A stretch of DNA of 64,000 bases from Girardia tigrina. Lineage: Eukaryota. Under the pieces are notes generated by a model that ran no database searches, had not been told where the DNA came from, and saw only the letters and a list, made by a program, of their open reading frames with translations. The position numbers were made by a program, and so were the translations under genes. Shown here piece after piece: positions 24,571 to 36,604 of the stretch. Position 1 is the first letter of the stretch. Every line of letters begins with the position of its first letter. The stretch is from NCBI GenBank assembly GCA_001938485.1, contig MQRK01249566.1:12943-76942 (forward strand), given 5' to 3'.

Positions 24571-26767
24571 ATATATATATATATATATATAGAAAGTAAG
24601 CTAAAAGAATGGTAAAAAACAAAAAAAACACATGTTATACAAATTTAAGTTTAAACTGAATGTTCGAAATGAGTTTTGTTTGGAAATGAATAACCAGGTA
24701 AAAATCTTTGAAGAATGTAGAAATTAAATGGACAAAGTAAAAATATAAATTAAAATCAAAGAAAGTCTAAAATTAACAAAAGAATTAAGTTGTAAGAAAC
24801 AGTAGAAGTTTAAAGTAGTTAAAAAAAGGATGACTTCGTAGTTCAACGGTGGAAATATTTGAAAAAAAGAAAAGTTTTGGGAAATGAAAATTTGAAAATA
24901 AATATGAGTATATATATTATAAATAATTTTAATTTATTCTAGTTTAAATTTCATAAAAATTTCCTCAAAATAAAAAGAAATAATTTTGTTTTCATTTGTG
25001 TATTAAAATCAGTTTCAAAAATGTATGATAAAATAAATCTTAGAAAAATTTCTGATTCTACTAATTCGGTTAACATATAACAGTAACACCGGCTGTAAAT
25101 GCTATTTGGGAAACTATGCAAAAGTTCACGATGGTTTCTCAAGTTGAATCCATAACAATTTTCTAATTTTAAAATCCTTAATGCTTCGTCGATTTGTGTG
25201 TCAAACTTTATATTTCATTGCTCCTCATAATAGGAAATCATAGGGTATAAAATTAGCAATCCAGAGGACCATACAATCGTCTCCAGTACAAAATCCTTCA
25301 TCGAAAAAAATCATTAATAGCAGAATAAGGAGCAGGTGCTCAATCCTTCATATAAAAAATATCCTAAAACTTAAGACTCATTTGCAAATGAGGAATAATT
25401 ACATATACAACCCCGTGTAAGTACTTTTCGTCATTTGTTGTACCGTCAAAGGATATAGATGCAAAGACGTCAAAAAAATAAATTACAATTCACACAGTAA
25501 CACCTGAATCATTTAAAAGAGACTTCTTGAAGTAAACGAGGAATTTTCGGACTTTAGTAGTCAGCATTAGGTGTTTTGACTTGATCAGTTTGGGAAGTCA
25601 TCAATGTCCCCTGACAAAACTAAACTTGCTTACCAAGTTCATCATCATTCAAAAATTTATTTAATTGAAGTTTCCAGTTTCCTAATTTAATGCCATTCCT
25701 AATTCTTTGGACTCTACTTCTGAAAATTTCAAGATCTCATGATTCCCGGCGTTGAGATTTTTCAGATTAACTGAATATTTTCTAATATGATCTACATTTT
25801 TCTCGCCTTAACCTGTTTTAGACCGACCATGCCTTGCATTGACAAAAAATATGAAAAAATAAAATTATGTTTTAAAGACGTTTATCATACTTTACATTAG
25901 CTCTTATTTAATTACTGTCCGATTTTATGATAAATCAAAAGATTAACTCTCTGAAATTTGAATTTTTACCATAGAGTTCAAGATGCTGACAGTCAACACC
26001 AGTTCTCGACATCCTCATGACATTCAATTCTCCTCATGGATTTTCATCTGAACAAAGGGATATAACCTTTTGTCAACTTCCCTTTTTCACTTCACATCCT
26101 GTTCTTCCTGTTTCTATCCATTTTTTTATGGTTCTGTTAATTTTCTTTAGATCATTTTTTTCAACAAATTTCATTTTAAATAACCAAAACTTGTACCCCT
26201 GAGTTAATGAAGATAAGGTTATTTTTAAATATGTCATAAAATAATTAATATAACATTTATTTAAATAAAAGACTTGCTGATGTACGGAGGAGTTCGAAGA
26301 GATTCTTATTAGAATAACATTTCCCATAATTTCCTTTAATTGCTAAAAGAAATACACAATATGAAAATGGCCTTTTTTATTGTTTTTTTATTTTAAATTG
26401 TAAAAATAACAATCTTCTTGTACTTTGGAAAGACAAATTACATTCAACAGTAAGCAGAAATACAAAATAAAAGAAACAAGCCAGAAAAAAAGAATTAATT
26501 GTAGGAAATAAGAAGATTCTTCAATTGTTTAGGAGATAATACGAGCCCAATCTCTATTATTGCTGAATTTCCAGTTTTCCTTTGGGCAAAATGCATCTAA
26601 AATAGATACAATTAAGATTTTTTGCTGGGTTAAAAATTATATAATTCAATAAAATTATTTTATAAAATAATAAAATGGTTTGAATTATGATTAGTATTAT
26701 TAATAATACTAATACTAATAATAATAATACTGATAAAAATATTATTATTAGTATCATTATAAATACA

Positions 26768-26800
<33 letters not shown>

Positions 26801-27186
26801 TTTTAGGAATTTTTTAGGAAATATTTTTAAAATTTGTGAAATAATAATTGAATTCAAAGTACCATTTTAAATTTAAAAAAATCAAGAACTAAATAAAGTT
26901 ATGTTAAGCATGATAAAAATTCGTAAATTTAATTAAAAATGAAATTATTTAATCGTCGAAAATTAAAAAAAAAGTAAAATGAGTTATTAATACTATATTT
27001 ATTTTTATTGTATCGGTTTGAGATTTGTGAAATAAATAGTTCCTCAAAATTAAAAAAATAATGAATTTAATTTTAATTATATTTGTTTAAATAAAAAGTA
27101 TTAGACATTTTTTTGTGGATTAATAAAACTTGAAAATGTTGTCAACTTTTAATATTGATAGTGTGGAAGATGTTCCAAAAACATCT

Positions 27187-27222
27187 AATAATAATAATAA
27201 TAATAATATTTTTATAAGTATA

Positions 27223-27275
<53 letters not shown>
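27187..27275. repeat. (AAT)n/(ATT)n microsatellites (also 26768-26800)
   Basis: Directly visible. Confidence 0.9.
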
Positions 27276-28539
27276 CAGTAATTATTAAAAAATGGCATTT
27301 GACTCTCGAAATAAATGAGAATTGTTTTCATTTTCAATCTAATGAAAGGGAAAAAAGGTTTTTGTTCAGAGTCACAAATCACATTTGTGGTTTTTGTCGG
27401 AGTTATTCAAAATTTTAAGATTAAGAGTTTCAGACATTGAGAGATTGAATAACTTTTTATTTACACTAAAAAGAAATTCTGTTAGAAATCAGGAAAATCA
27501 GAAATAAATTGGATGATATTTGTGATTAAAGTTCGGGGAACATGGATGAAATTTGCCTTCTGTTGTTTATTAAAAGTTCATTTCCCCTTGTATTTTTATA
27601 ATTAGTGAACCCCATACCTCCTAACCCCAATCCTCTAATGAATGCCTCAAGGCTCAGCATGTTCCAGTACATTTCCGTGGCGAGATTCCGCCAAGTCAAC
27701 CATGTAGATACACTAAGTTTCACTTCGAATCTAATTAACTATGTTTTACTACATAATAAAGTACATGAGGTTAAATAATCTTATTTTTCAATCAATATTT
27801 GTAAAAGTACGTCTACATATCATTACCAAAAAAATAAATAACAGTTATAATAATATTTTTTGTTTTTCAAGTTACATATAAATATAATTATAACATATAT
27901 AAGTCGAAAATTATCTAAATTTCAAAGTGCAAAATTAAAAATCGTTAAAAATTGTAAAATTAAAAGAATAATATTTTTAAATAAAAAAGAAGAATATGGA
28001 AAAGAAAAAAGTATTACAAACTAAAATATCATTTTCCTATTGTAATGAAAAGAGAATTTCGATATTTTTTTCTCTTCCACTAACATTATAGTATAATTAG
28101 ATAAAAGAAATGAATAATATTTATTCGGAACACGATAGACATCAAATTGTTAATGAATGTAATTAATTGTCAAATTATTCGGCAGCAATAAGTATCTTTC
28201 TGGTCAAGTTCAAATGAGTGTTGCCGAAATTGTCACATGGAATTTGTTGTACAAGTGCTGATTTCCCTGTTTAATCTGTTATTAAACATTTGTCTGGTGA
28301 ACTCGCAATGAGAGTGGTTTAGGTGCCGGTAGTTTGATGGAAATTCGTCACCGAGAGTGCCATGTGAGACGAATTTCCAGTTCCGCCTAAACCTGAAAAA
28401 CCGACAAATGGATAGTGTTCCGGTTGAATATATATTTATATTATATGATAGTTGTGGGTGGCTACTACACTTATCTTTACAGTTTGAACGATTATGAATA
28501 TCTATGGTAACATAATATAACGTTAAAAAAATAATTTAT

Positions 28540-29260
28540 AGGAAGCAATTTGATATATGTTTATATACCCAAGCGGACAGATTTTGTGATCCGAAGTATA
28601 ACAGAAACATGATTAAAGGCTTAATTTATCGCTTCTGGTCGTTGCCTTCAACTTTTCTTAAATCTGTATAAACTGTTAATAAATTAAGTTCCTTATTAAA
28701 TCAGAATGGTTAATCTAAATCTTTTCTAGAAAAATTAATGAAGAAAACAGTGGATAAAATACTTTTGAAAGATAGTTCGAAAAATGAGAGTTTTGTTTCC
28801 CTAATGATTCTCAGAAAGAAATTGAAGTAACATTAGATATTAAAAATAGGCTTTATTGTACCTAATTCTGAAGGATTTAAAAACTTTAAAATGCATTTTT
28901 AAAAGAAACTGTAACAATGAATTAAATTGAAAAATTATATCACGATCTCATAAAATTTTAAATATGTTCATTAAAAATATATTATACCTTTAATGTCAAT
29001 GTATAAGAGTGATGTCACGAACATTGAAGAGACTGTCCGTCAACTTTGAAACGAATTCAAGAACATAGTCAAAAAGAGAGTAAGAAAAAAATGTAAATGT
29101 GATGTTAATATTGATAATTTTAAAATACTATTTAAGCATTTTGATTATTATTGAGAGAGAGCGCTGTGTGAAGCATTGTTAATTAGGCTAAATTTGCACT
29201 AAAACCAATTTTCAATCTGCCGACTCAAGCAGATTATTGAGAATTTTCGATTAGCGTGAT
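28540..29260 (+). pseudogene. Penelope-like element relic (RT C-terminus + GIY-YIG)
   Basis: Collinear with the 58.3-59.0 kb copy: RNMIKGL, NG..KSFLEKL, ERA.CEALLI. Confidence 0.8.
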
Positions 29261-30329
29261 TTTATGTAGTCAATAATTATTTTTGCATTTATAAACAGGT
29301 GAATTAAATTATTAGTCAACTGTAATTGCCAAACGTTTAAATCCTTCAACAATATTAAAATATGTAACTAATATATATTTTATTTTAATAAAAGATTCCA
29401 GAGAGTATAATGTTCCTGATCCAATTCACATGAATTCCTTCCGTTAATTCATTTAAATATCAGCTTTACATCCATACTTTTCTGAAACTAAGTTTCTTTG
29501 GTTTCCCTATCACTTCTTGCATTTCAATCACAAATTATCTTACCAAACTGCCAGGTGGCAAAGTCTGCGGTCAGAAAATAGGAAATGGTTAATTAGTGAT
29601 GTATTTTATCACATTTTATGCTTAAAATATGAAATAAATAATAGAACACATTTTTATTTTAATAAAGACTATTTATTTAGTATTTTTGAAAATATTTTTT
29701 AGTTTGAGTAGAAACAAAATATGTTGTCAATTTTCGTCCCACAAACACGCATTCCTGAGCTGGCGGTTTAGTGCCATCTTCTCCAGTCAAACTCAATTCT
29801 TTAGTTTATTCATATAATTCAACCGATTCTAATGCTGTTTGGATTCAACTACATCTTGAACAACTTACAGATTACCTTAATACAATTTTTTTCAATTAAA
29901 TTTAAAATAATTTTTTCAATATTTATCAAAATATTTCAAGATTTAATTTATATTTTTATTCTTTGTTGACTTTTGCCTAATTTTGGTTTATAGAAACTTT
30001 TATTAGGGTTTTTGACTCCTCCAAAAACCATCAGAACCTTCCATTTCCGACGTTGACAACCATCAACACATCAGCTTGGGTTTACTAGATCAACAATTAC
30101 AGATAGTATATAGGGTCTTAGTCATGTTCAACAATTTAAGATACCATGATTTGAGCGTCAACTACAGAAAAAGTAAATTCAGTAAACTTGAGTAAATTAT
30201 TAAAATGAGTTCCAAAATTCTTAAATTTAAAATAAAAATAAACTTTTCTGACAGATTTACATTTTATCTTTATTGGTAACAACTTTTAAATATTGTTTTA
30301 ATTAAAAATTAAAAGATGCCATTTTAAAA

Positions 30330-30520
30330 TAAATCTTTTATTGATGCAATATATTTCGACGGATGATTATGTAATACATTATCCAATTACTGTTTCACGT
30401 AAACACTTTAAACAAAGTTGATGAGTCACTTAGTTGATTTTAATTGCTGGATTAACTGCTTTAATTATTAATGCCTCACATAAAACTCTTTCCTAATAAT
30501 TTTGTTTCAATTAAGTTTCC
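30330..30520 (-). pseudogene. Penelope-like 3' end relic
   Basis: RVLCEALII and the GAAATATATTGC..AATAAA tail shared with the 48.9 and 50.5 kb copies. Confidence 0.6.
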
Positions 30521-31890
30521 CAAATTCTTCCTATATGAAGTACAATTAGACTTATCCGGGGTACTCAGCTAAGGTCCACATTCTTTTTATTAATATTACT
30601 GAGCCCCTTAAAACATTTTATAATTTCTAAAATTTGTTCCTTAACTCATAATCCTTTCAGTTAATTAAATTTTAATCTAAATAATAATTATTCATAAAAG
30701 TTTATTTAATAATTGTCATTCTCAGTTATTACATCCCCACCAAATCGATGTAACAGTTTCTTGCTTCAATTATTTTCGGTTGTCTGAGTTTATTGTGGCT
30801 GAAAAGTTAATTTTAAATTAGTCTAATAGAATAAAAATTAACAGAGAATTTTGATATTTGCCTAATTTTTTTCAAAAAAAATCACTGTCTGTTCAGGAAA
30901 ATGAAAGTCAAAAATAGAATTTTCAAAACAGAATAATGAAACCAAGTTTTGTTTAGTTTTATTTATTATTGATGAGACACTAAAATCTACTAATTAATAT
31001 TCAAAATTGGTAAAATAAGACAATTTAAATTCTTTAAATCTTTAATTAAATAAATACAATTAGCCATTAATATCCGATTAAATTATTACTCGCCGCTGAC
31101 ATTTACAGAGGTCTTTAGACTTTTGTTTTTCTCAATTCGCATTCATAATACTCAAATAATTTGTACAATTATTTTATGAACATTATTATCAACATCACAA
31201 TTCGAGTGTAGTAAGAACACCGATTTGACTTTTCATATTTTTATTTAAACAACAATTTTGATTCTCCTTAAGACAATCTTTATCAAAGCTTTCATACAAG
31301 TGCATTCTAAACTAAATTGATTAATAAATTAATTTTTATTATTTTTTTAGCAAATGGAGAAATAAATAATTTATTAAAATATTTACTCAAAACTTATTGG
31401 ATAAAAATTCAAATCATTATTACTTATTTAAAAAATATTAATTTGATTTATTTATTAAAAATCAATTAACTTATTTAAAATTTTGCAATTATTTTCAATT
31501 AAAAATAAATTTAAACATTACATATTTTTAGATAATAAGAATTAAAATATTAATTATCCATCTGGGTAGGAGAGACATAAATTCAAATCAGCATACAACA
31601 TTCAAACGAAAAACATCAAACACTCAAGATATTCATCGCATGGGTAATAATACCAGAACTATTTTAATTAAAAATTTTAAGTTGTGAAATAACCTTACTT
31701 TGCCCATTCTAAATGTTAAGTGATATGCTGTAGTGTCTTATTTGTGGAACAATATGTAGTGCCAAAGTAGTCTTTGTAACATCCAAAGTTCAAAGTTTCC
31801 TCTCCAATAAATAGAAAACAGTTTGTGATTGGCATTCTAATCTAGTATATAAATTTAATTGTCACGGGTGTCAAAACTTGTACATCCGAG

Positions 31891-31992
31891 AGGGATTGTA
31901 CATCCGCACAGGAATAGACTGTGCGGCCAGTGGGCATACTTCTACGTAGTATCCCTGAGTAACTAGAGATCTCGGTCTCTAGGCTAGTGTCC
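31891..31992 (+). ncRNA. HDV-like ribozyme fold, copy 1 (somewhat degenerate)
   Basis: P1 AGGGAU/AUCCCU, J1/2 hairpin CCGCACAG/CUGUGCGG, P2 GGGCAU/GUGUCC, P3 ACU/AGU, L3 UCUACGU, P4 CUAGAGAU/GUCUCUAG, J4/2 GCUA. Confidence 0.7.
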
Positions 31993-32298
31993 AAGAGCTA
32001 GCCGATTATTACGGAACAGCCGGCAATATATCGTATTCAGGAATGGGCCAGCAATCCATTGACGGCTGTGGGGAGTAGTGACCCCGCTGTCGGTGGTTGG
32101 ATTGCATCTTAATGATCTGGGATGAATCAATCCCGGTGAAGGGTGTTGTAATGACGTCGTTGCATCTTCGGACAGGCGGAACTAAGGTATGGATCCCAAC
32201 ATTGGGGGAGTGTTCGTTGAGAACCATCACCGTCCCAGGCCTCCTAAAAAGCCTCAGACTTAATACCGTTAAAGGAGTAGAGGTGCACATCCGAGAGC

Positions 32299-32387
32299 AG
32301 GGATCACTGTTTGATAGGCAAGTTTGGACATCCCTCCCCGTGGTATCCCTGGGAAACTAGAGTTCCATTCTCTAGGCGAAAGCGTCC
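32299..32387 (+). ncRNA. HDV-like ribozyme fold, copy 2 (somewhat degenerate)
   Basis: P1 AGGGAU/AUCCCU, P2 GGACAU/GCGUCC (1 mismatch), P3 CCC/GGU (1 mismatch), L3 UCCCCGU, GGGAAAC, P4 CUAGAG/CUCUAG, J4/2 GCGAAA. Confidence 0.7.
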
Positions 32388-32966
32388 TGAGCTGCGCCAT
32401 TTGCTGTTTTGAACGGTCGGCAGCCGATGTAAGCGTTACTTGACTAGCAAACCAGTTTCTTGAAGGCAGAACTAAATGTCATGGCTGTAGGGAGTAGTGA
32501 CCCTGCAGTCGCGTTTTCGATTGCATCGCAATGATCCAAGGTTTCTAATCTTGGTGAGGGGTGTTGTGAAGCCGGTTCGCCAGGGGAGCTTAGGCACACA
32601 AATCCCCGTATAGGAGAAGTACCTTTTGAAGCCATTAGCGTCTCAGACTTCCTAAAAAACCTCAGACTTAATACTTTTATAGGATGACAGGTTTACATCA
32701 GAGAGACAAATCGTCATCTCAAAACTCGGATTAGTGAGCACTCGCAAATGAGTCGATCAAGTAAGATTCTTGATCATTGGTTATGTTGTAAGGATAGAAC
32801 CTCATCCATTTCAAAAAGTGAGTTTTCTGTTCTACAAAAGGGAATCGATTCACAATATGAACGACAGTTTTGTGAATCTCTACTAATAAAACACTACAAC
32901 CCATCAATTAACATTCAGAATTGGCAAAGTATACGTGATTGTACAATCAATTATGCAATAAATGTT

Positions 32967-33410
32967 CTATTTGAAAATTCGTAACAGAGAAGTTGAGTGT
33001 GAAGCTTGAATAATTATTTTGGGATCCATGGATCTTATTAATAAGGCTTCACACGTTACTCTCTCCCAGTAATTCTTAAATCCATTACACAGAATTCGAA
33101 AATCATTTTCTTCGATTTTCTTTTTACATTTTAAAGTATGTTCGGCAATATTGATCCCATTATCCAATCGACTATGCTCTTTGATCTGTTTGCAGAGATG
33201 ACGAGATGTCTCTGCAATGTATGTGGCGTTACACTCATTACACGTATATTTATTTACAAGATCGGAGCACAAATCGAGAGGAGTGGGAGATTTATTGCTG
33301 AATATATCATGAATTTTATATGATTGGGAAATAATTTTTGATTCATGGTATTTGGGATCAAACTTTTCAAAATTGATGATTTTAAATGTGTAAAGCCCTC
33401 TGAATAAGGA
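32967..33410 (-). pseudogene. Penelope-like GIY-YIG endonuclease C-terminal fragment
   Basis: KYTCNECNATYIAETSRHLCKQIKEH...NYWERVTCEALLIRSMDPKI. Confidence 0.9.
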
Positions 33411-36245
33411 ATCGATAAGATATGTCTTGATTCAAATGGGTATATGAAAATTATGAAAACATAAAAATTATGTATATAATGTGAAAAAAATCAAAATTAT
33501 GTAAAATTATGTATTTAATATGAGAAAATATCAATTTAATATCAAAAAATAAATTAAATATGAAAAAAATCTTAATTTATTATGCAAAATAGACTCCAAA
33601 TGTAAAATTTTTATTCATAGTTATTAAAACTTCTTCCTTGGTGACAAGCTGAATTGCAAAAGTGTATTTTAAAAGTATTTTTCATATTAAATTGATATTT
33701 TTTCATATTAAATGTTAATATCAATTTCATAATTGAATAATTTTTTTTAGAAAAACTGCCGAGTTTGTGAATTTGGCAATTACATAAATTCGACATAACA
33801 TATATTAAAATATTGATTAATAAGGCTTATTATTATAAGAAAAACCAAATTTATTTCTTCATAACCTCATATTAATCCCCAAATCATTATTATTATCAAA
33901 ATATTTATATTATTTTAACTTTATTATAAAAAATCTGTTCTGTTTAAATTTTTTTATACTGATTTATTTATAATTATATTTTGTTTCATTTCATTAAAGT
34001 TGAATTTCAAGCTTCAACTTTAACAATAAATAGCAAAGATTCAGAAAGTTGTGTCTAAAAAGAACAACTGACACTTTTAAGATGGAAAATAAAAAACAAA
34101 AGTTTGCTAGCGTTAAAGAAACTTTAGCTTTTACATTAAAGAAAATCTATTGTAAAAATGACAATGTAACACAATTTTAAAAGATATTTTCCGTAGCATA
34201 TAACGGCTTTTTGCAAAGAATGAATGTCTCTCATGAACAAATCACGACCTTGATGACTTTTTCTAAAGAAGTTTTAAGGAAAAGTTATATCAGATGAAAT
34301 ACCTAATCAAATGGAGTCCAAACATGATGAAGAAATTCTGATTTTAATTTAATGATGGATTAATTAGGAATGTAGTACTTGATTCCTTCGTGATTAAGAA
34401 TTAAAATAATTTTCCATATAACATAACATTCTTATCGTAAATTAAAGTTTAATAAATCATTATCCGTTCCTAACCTTCTCTAATCATTCACATCTTCAGC
34501 TGGTATACCTATTAAAGTTCATTTCTCATCCAATCTAACCATTGATTAAAAATTATTTCATTGATGGTCACCCAGGCTTTCGTTTTTTCATAATCAATTT
34601 GCGTATTTTGCTTGACTTTCCGTGGTCCCATGGGTTCTTTCGAACTTATCAACAACGTTACGATTTCTGGCGGATACGCAATTCAATGGCCTAGATTGTC
34701 TGTCCATTACTTCCGAACAATTTTAAATGCAAGAGATCTACTTATAAATTAGAAGTAGTTTATATTAATTTTTATTGTTTTTTTGAATCAAAGCACTTTG
34801 TCCACCATGGACACATTGAGATCAGTGACTGTGTAACTTTTTGCAATATTTTGCTTGATTCCAACACTATTCTTTTAATTACAAATTATTGAAAAGAAAT
34901 TGTTTTCAGGATTAATTTTCAAATGAAATTTAATATTAACTTTTAATTAATGCTAATTTAATATGGTTTAATTTTCTTCTCGAAATAAATTAATTTAAAA
35001 TAAAGAGAATTAAAATTGACTTTGGATTGTTTCCGTCTTTCTAAAATATTGACATTGCATCTTCTGCATTATCAACGAAGAGGTCCAGTAAAAAAATTTT
35101 CTTGCATCGCTTGTAAGTTTGATTCATTGACTTTAGAGTTCCGGAATGTTTACCGTTTATTAATCAAGAAGTCCATGGTAATCAATCACAGTTTGTTACA
35201 ATTTGATTGATTCCTTTCCTCAACAGTTATTTCCGTAGAATTTGTACATTATAAATCATCATAGTACCTATATGTTCTGACGTGAATAAGTACATTTGAA
35301 TAATGTTAACAGAAAGGGATGTTTGAATCATTTATTTTCATTTTTCTTTTTTTAATTATTAAAATTATTGTGTAGTCGCAGCGTGACCATTGCAGCGCTG
35401 ATGACTTGTTCCACAGCCGTGATTATTGATCCCGGCCTCGGGGAACTGTGCAAAAGAAAAAACTTCCTCATTTTGTTTCCTCCGTCTGATTCGACTCCCT
35501 GATTATCGCAGCCCGTGACCAGGCTTTCCGGGGCTCAGCCATAGAACAAGATAATTACAAGATTTTGCCTTAGTTTTTCTATTTCGTTAAAAATCAATAA
35601 AAATTTATTCAATTTCAAAATCCAACGCTTTCCTGTCTTCTCCCGAATAAATATCAATTTTATTAAATTCAATTTTCCTTCTCAACCGCCACAATAAATT
35701 ATTCAAGGTCGGTGGAATCACATAAAAATTTATTTTCGCAAAAGAATTCTATTTTCTCATAATCTCAACCAGGCAAATATTGCTTCCATCGATCATTTTT
35801 GTGAAAGTTTTGAAATCAATTTCATAATTTCTGTGACCATAAATTTACGTTTCAGTTTATTGTCCTTCAGTGTATCTCATACTACACTAATTTCTCAAAT
35901 GGAAGTATTTCTAGCAATAACAATTCAAAACATACAACAACTTTTATACGTGTGGGATAAATTAATATTTGTAAATAATTTATCATCAAATTTAATTAGA
36001 CATGGTTCAAAAATATTCCTATATTTTAACTCTCCTATTTTTGAAATACGATTTTATAAAATGACAAATTTGTTTAAATATTGTTAGAAATCGCGTGAAA
36101 ATTTAATATACTGTTTTTTTAAATAAATTTTGGTTGTATTTGCATTTTTTCTGTTATCTTTATTTTAAACCAAAACTTTTTCTACTCAAAAAAATATTTA
36201 AACAAAAAATCTGAACATTTTATTCTTTGTTAAAATTAACTATAA

Positions 36246-36604
36246 GCCTCCTCCCCACGGCGGCAGTACATGAACCTGGATAGAATTCATGCGGCACTTA
36301 CCCGTCATTAATGACATATAGGGACTATCAGGAGCTGAGTCTGTTGTATCATTGTGTAGACAAACTCGTCTACCCTCAACTGGTCATGGGCCCCGCCGTT
36401 AGACGTTTCCACGATCCCGCTCAGAGATAGCATGCCTTTAAGGAGGTGGATTGCAGGCCTTGGCCCTCCGTACTATCGTTGCTCGGCATCCAACAAAGGC
36501 AAGCTTCGGACACTTTAGCCTAGAGAGAATTCTAGTTTCCCAGGAACACCACGTGGAGGTATGTCCGATTGGCTTAACACAGGTTACCAAAGTAACAGGT
36601 CCCC
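36246..36604 (-). mobile_element. 359-bp non-autonomous retroelement-like insert with a 5' HDV-like ribozyme and 13-bp TSD
   Basis: GC-rich island flanked by the direct repeat aaattaactataa (36233-36245 and 36605-36617); the first base of the insert is the predicted ribozyme G1. Confidence 0.85.
36506..36604 (-). ncRNA. HDV-like self-cleaving ribozyme fold, copy 3 (best conserved)
   Basis: P1 GGGGAC/GUUCCU with a G.U wobble at the cleavage site, P2 UCGGACAU/GUGUCCGA, P3 ACC/GGU, L3 UCCACGU, P1.1 CC/GG, GGGAAAC, P4 CUAGA/UCUAG, J4/2 GCUAAA (catalytic C opposite position 36518). Confidence 0.85.

Larger units (their letters stand above)
31891..32693 (+). mobile_element. Tandem pair of diverged ~400-bp non-coding elements, each headed by an HDV-like ribozyme
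   Basis: Units ~31891-32285 and ~32299-32693 share collinear blocks; a 12-nt (t/c)acatc(c/a)gagag repeat lies at 31881, 32286 and 32694. Confidence 0.8.
31690..32940 (+). pseudogene. Penelope-like GIY-YIG endonuclease region split by an 813-bp insertion
   Basis: SNLVYKFNCHGCQNLYI(R)E ends at 31892; after the insert the reading resumes as TNRHLKTRISEH...ERQFCESLLIKHYNPSINIQ from 32706. Confidence 0.85.

Noticed and set aside
24950-26330. Possible decayed spliced gene or transposase on the minus strand
   Set aside because: Coding-like composition but many stops and no identifiable motif.
32009-32635. Short ORFs within the tandem ribozyme elements (and 36451-36714)
   Set aside because: Frames are not conserved between the units while RNA stems are; explained by higher GC content.
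36400-36426. CTGAGCG...GAAACGTC on the minus strand as a hammerhead
   Set aside because: Does not match CUGANGA and has no convincing stem II.
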